From contig OZ024763.1 of the NCBI GenBank assembly GCA_964016885.1, positions 10,044,001 to 10,108,000 on the forward strand: a DNA stretch of 64,000 bases, in the 5' to 3' direction. Origin of the DNA: Eledone cirrhosa (Eukaryota). Position numbers and translations under genes: made by a program. Positions 59,401 to 64,000 of the stretch are shown here, piece after piece (the first letter of the stretch is position 1; the number at the start of each line of letters is the position of its first letter). The notes beneath the pieces were generated by a model. It had not been told where the DNA came from. It worked only from the letters and a program-made list of their open reading frames with translations, and made no database searches.

Positions 59401-62400
59401 TGACGAAAATGACGCTTAAAGGAAGAAAACGGCATCATAAATGAGTAAAATGACTGTCAAATGGCTAAAACCGCATCATAAATGACGAAAATGACGCTTA
59501 AATGACTAAAACGGCATCATAAATGACTAAAATTATACCTAAATGGCTTAAACGGCATCATAAATGAATAACTGACTCAAAAATGTCTAAAACGTCGTCA
59601 TAAAAGACGAAAAAGACTCTACAATGGTTAAAACAGCATCATAAATGACGAAAATGACTCTAAAAGAGCTAAAACGGCATTATATATCACTGAAACGACT
59701 CTTAAAATGCTAAAACAGCGTCATAAACGACAAAATGATAATAAATTGCAAAAACTGCATCATAAATAACTAAAATCACTCTGAAATAGCTAAAGCAGCA
59801 TCATAAATGACTAAAATGATGAAAAATGTCTGAAGCGGCATCATAAATGACAAAAATAACTCTAAAATGGCTAAACCAGCATCATCAATGACGGAAATGA
59901 CGCTTAAATGACTAAAACGTCATCATAAATGAATAACCGACTCGAAAATGTCTAAAACGTCGTCATAAATGACTAAAAAGACTCTACAATGGTTAAAACA
60001 GCACCATAAATGAGTCAAATGACTCTAAAAGGGTTAAAACGGCATGATAAACGACTAAAATAACACCAAAATGGCTAAAACAGTATCATAATGACTAAAA
60101 CACTAGCATAAATGAGGAAAATGACTCTAAATGGCTAAAACAGCATCATAAATGACGAAAATGACGCTTAAAGGAAGAATATGGCATCATAAATGAGTAA
60201 AATGACTCTGAAATGGCTAGAACCGCATCATAAATGACGAAAATGACGCTTAAATGACTAAAACGGCATCATAAATGACTAAAATAATACCTAAATGGCT
60301 TAAACGGCATCATAAATGAATAACTGATTTAAAAATGTCTAAAACGTCGTCATAAATGACGAAAAAGACTCTACAATGGTTAAAACAGCATCATAAATGA
60401 CGAAAATGACTCTCAAAGGGCTAAAACGGCATTATATATGACTGAAACGACACTAAACATGCTAAAACAGCGTCATAAACGACAAAATGATAATAAATTG
60501 CTAAAACTGCATCATAAATAACTAAAATAACTCTGAAATAGCTAAAGCAGCATCATAAATGACTAAACTTACTGAAAAATGTCTATAGCCGCATCATAAA
60601 TGACAAAAATGACTCTAAAAGGGCTAAAACAGCATCATAAATGACTAAAATAACACCAAAATGGCTTGAACGGCATCATGAATGAGTAAAACGACTCAAA
60701 AATGTCTAAAACGTCATCATAAATGACGAAAATTACTCTGCAATGGCTAAATCAGCATCACAAATGAGGAAGATGACTCTAAAAGGGCTAAAACGGCATT
60801 ATATATGACTGAAACGACTTAAAAAACGTTACAACAGCGTCATAAACGACCAAATTGATAATAAATTGCTAAAACTGCATCATAAATAACTAAAATGACT
60901 CTGAAATAGCTAAAGCAGCATCATAAATGACTAAAACGACTGAAAAATGTCTAAAGCGGCATCATAAATTACGAAAATAACTCTAAAAGGACTAAAACAG
61001 CATCATAAATGACTAAAATAACATCAAAATGGCTTGAACAGCATCATAAATGAGTAAAACGACTCATAAATGTCTAAAACGTCATCATAAATTACGAAAA
61101 TGACTCTACAATGGCTAAAACAGCATCATAAATGAGGAAGATGACTCTAAAAGGGCTAAAACGGCATCATAAACGACTGAAACGACTTAAAAAACGCTAA
61201 AACAGCGTCATAAACGACCAAGATGATTCTTAAATGGCTAAAACAGCGTCATAAATGAATAAAATGACTCTGAAATAGTTAAGGCAGCATCATAAATGAA
61301 TAAAACGACTGAAAAATGCCTATAGCGGCATCATAAATAACGAAAATCACTCTAAAATGGCTAAAACAGCATCATAATGGCTAAAACACTAGCATAATGA
61401 GGAAAATGACTCTAAAATGGCTAAAACAGCGTCATAAATGAATAAAATGACTCTGAGATAGTTAAAGCAGCATCATAAATGAGTCAAATGACTCTAAAAG
61501 GGCTAAAACGGCATCATAAACGACTAAAATTACACCAAAATGGCTAAAACAGTATCATAATGACTAAAACGCTAGCATAACTGAGGAAAATGACGCTTAA
61601 ATGAAGAATATGGCATCATAAATGAGTAAAATGACTCTAAAATGGCTAAAACCGGATCATAAATGACGAAAATGACGCTTAAATGACTAAAACGGCATCA
61701 TAAATGAATAACCGACTCGAAAATGTCTAAAACTTCGTCATAAATGACGAAAAAGACTCTACAATGGTTAAAACAGCATCATAAATGAGTCAAATGACTC
61801 TAAAAGGGCTAAAACGGCATCATAAACGACTAAAATAACACGAAAATGGCTAAAACAGTATCATAATGACTAAAACACTAGCATAAATGAGGTAAATGAC
61901 TCTAAATAGCTAAAACCGCATCATAAATGAGTAAAATGACGCTTAAATGACTAAAACGGCATCATAAATGACTAAAATAATACCTAAATGGCTTAAACGG
62001 CATCATAAATGAATAACTGACTCAAAAATGTCTAAAACATCGTCATAAATGACGAAAAAGACTCTACGATGGTTAAAACGGCATCATAAATGACGAAAAT
62101 GACTCTAAAAGGGCGAAACGGCATTATATATGACTGAAACGACTCTAAAATGGCTAAAACAGCATCATAAACGACCAAAATGATCCTTAAATAGCTAAAA
62201 CGGCATCATAAATGACTAAAATGACTCTGAAATAGCTAAAGCAGCATCATAAATGACTAAAACGACTGAAAAATGTCTAAAGCGGCATCATAAATTACGA
62301 AAATAACTCTAAAAGGGCTAAAACAGCATCATAAATGACTAAAATAACATCAAAATGGCTTGAACAGCATCATAAATGAGTAAAACGACTCAAAATTGTC

Positions 62401-64000
62401 TAAAACGTCATCATAAATGACGAAAATAACACCAAAATGGCTAAAACAGCATCACAAATGAGGAAGATGACTCTAAAAGGGCTAAAACGGCATTATATAT
62501 GACTGAAACGACTTAAAAAACGCTAAAACGACCAAAATGATTCTTAAATGGCTAAAACGGCGTCATAAATGAATAAAATGACTCTGAAATAGTTAAAGCA
62601 ACATCATAATTGAATAAAACGACTGAAAAATGCCTAAAGCAGCATCATAAATGACGAAAATGACTCTAAAATGGCTAAAACAGCATCATAATGGCTAAAA
62701 CACTAGCATAAATGAGGAAAATGACTCTAAAATGGCTAAAACAGCACCATAAATGACGAAATAGACGCTTAAATGAATAAAACGACATCATAAATGAGGA
62801 AAATGACTCTAAAATGTCTAAAGCGGCATCATAAATGACGAAATAGACGCTTAAATGAATAAAACGGCATCATAAATCAGTAAAATGACTCTAAAAGAGC
62901 TAAAACGGGATCATAAATGACTAAAATAGCATCAAAATGGCTTAAACGGCATCATAAATGAATAAACGACTCAAAAATGTATAAAACGTCATCATAAATG
63001 ACGAAAAAGACTCTACAATGGTTAACACAGCATCATAAATGACGAAAATGACTCTAAAAGGGCTAAAACGGCATTATATATAACTGAAACGACTCTAAAA
63101 ATGCTAAAACAGCGTCATAAACGACAAAATGATAATAAATTGCTAAAACTGCATCATAAATAACTAAAATGACTCTGAAATAGCTAAAGCAGCATCATAA
63201 ATGACTAAAATGACTGAAAAATGTCTAAAGCGGCATCATAAATGACAAAAATAACTCTAAAAGGGCTAAAACAGCATCATAAATGACTAAAATAACACCA
63301 AAATGGCTTGAACGGCATCATGAATGAGTAAAACGACTCAAAAATGTCTAAAACGTCATCATAAATGACGAAAATTACTCTACAATGGCTAAAACAGCAT
63401 CATAAATAACAAAAATGACTCTAAAAGGGCTAAAACGGCATTATATATGACTGAAACGACTTAAAAAACGCTAAAACAGCGTCATAAACGACCGAAATGA
63501 TAATAAATTGCTAAAACTGCATCACAAATAACTAAAATGACTCTGAAATAGCTAAAGCAGCATCATAAATGACTAAAACGACTGAAAAATGTCTAAAGCT
63601 GCATCATAAATTACGAAAATAACTCTAAAAGAGCTAAAACAGCATCATAAATGACTAAAATAACATCAAAATGGCTTGAACAGCATCATAAATGAGTAAA
63701 ACGACTCAAAATTGTCTAAAACGTCATCATAAATGACGAAAATAACACCAAAATGGCTAAAACAGCATCACAAATGAGGAAGATGACTCTAAAAGGGCTA
63801 AAACAGCATTATATATGACTGAAACGACTTAAAAAACGCTAAAACAACCAAAATGATTCTTAAATGGCTAAAACGGCGTCATAAATGAATAAAATGACTC
63901 TGAAATAGTTAAAGCAACATCATAATTGAATAAAACGACTGAAAAATGCCTAAAGCAGCATCATAAATGACGAAAATGACTCTAAAATGGCTAAAACAGC
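50479..64000 (-). repeat. Same 41-bp satellite in inverted orientation, different variant set, continues past the window end
   Basis: TCTAAAATGGCTAAAACGGCATCATAAATGACGAAAATGAC units; local period of about 345 bp (AATATGGCAT at 52121, 52466, 52811, 53157). Confidence 0.97.
55103..55302. other. Assembly gap (200 N)
   Basis: Run of N of round length, typical of a scaffolding gap; satellite orientation is the same on both sides. Confidence 0.98.

Overview
Eukaryotic animal genomic DNA. The extreme (TA)n/(CA)n/(ATG)n microsatellite load and the SINE/LINE types suggest an octopod cephalopod (inference). The window has two halves. (1) 1-34.7 kb is repeat-dense and holds one complete, hand-assembled 5-exon gene on + (CDS 13681-13883, 19510-19661, 24461-24620, 29966-30112, 32587-32665; 741 nt, 246 aa). 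It encodes a pre-pro group III (bee-venom-type) secreted phospholipase A2 that the ORF track almost entirely misses. Around and inside it are RTE-clade LINE fragments with a PHD-like finger inside the RT, their partner tRNA/CORE SINEs, a Penelope-like retroelement, a deleted Tc1/mariner element, MITEs, minisatellites and at least 8 hammerhead-ribozyme-like motifs. (2) 34.8-64 kb is a 41-bp satellite array with higher-order repeats. It starts right behind a transposon-like terminus and flips orientation at about 50478, suggesting a possible giant foldback-type element. Most ORF-track entries are microsatellite artefacts. All alignments and folds were done by eye; no database searches were run.
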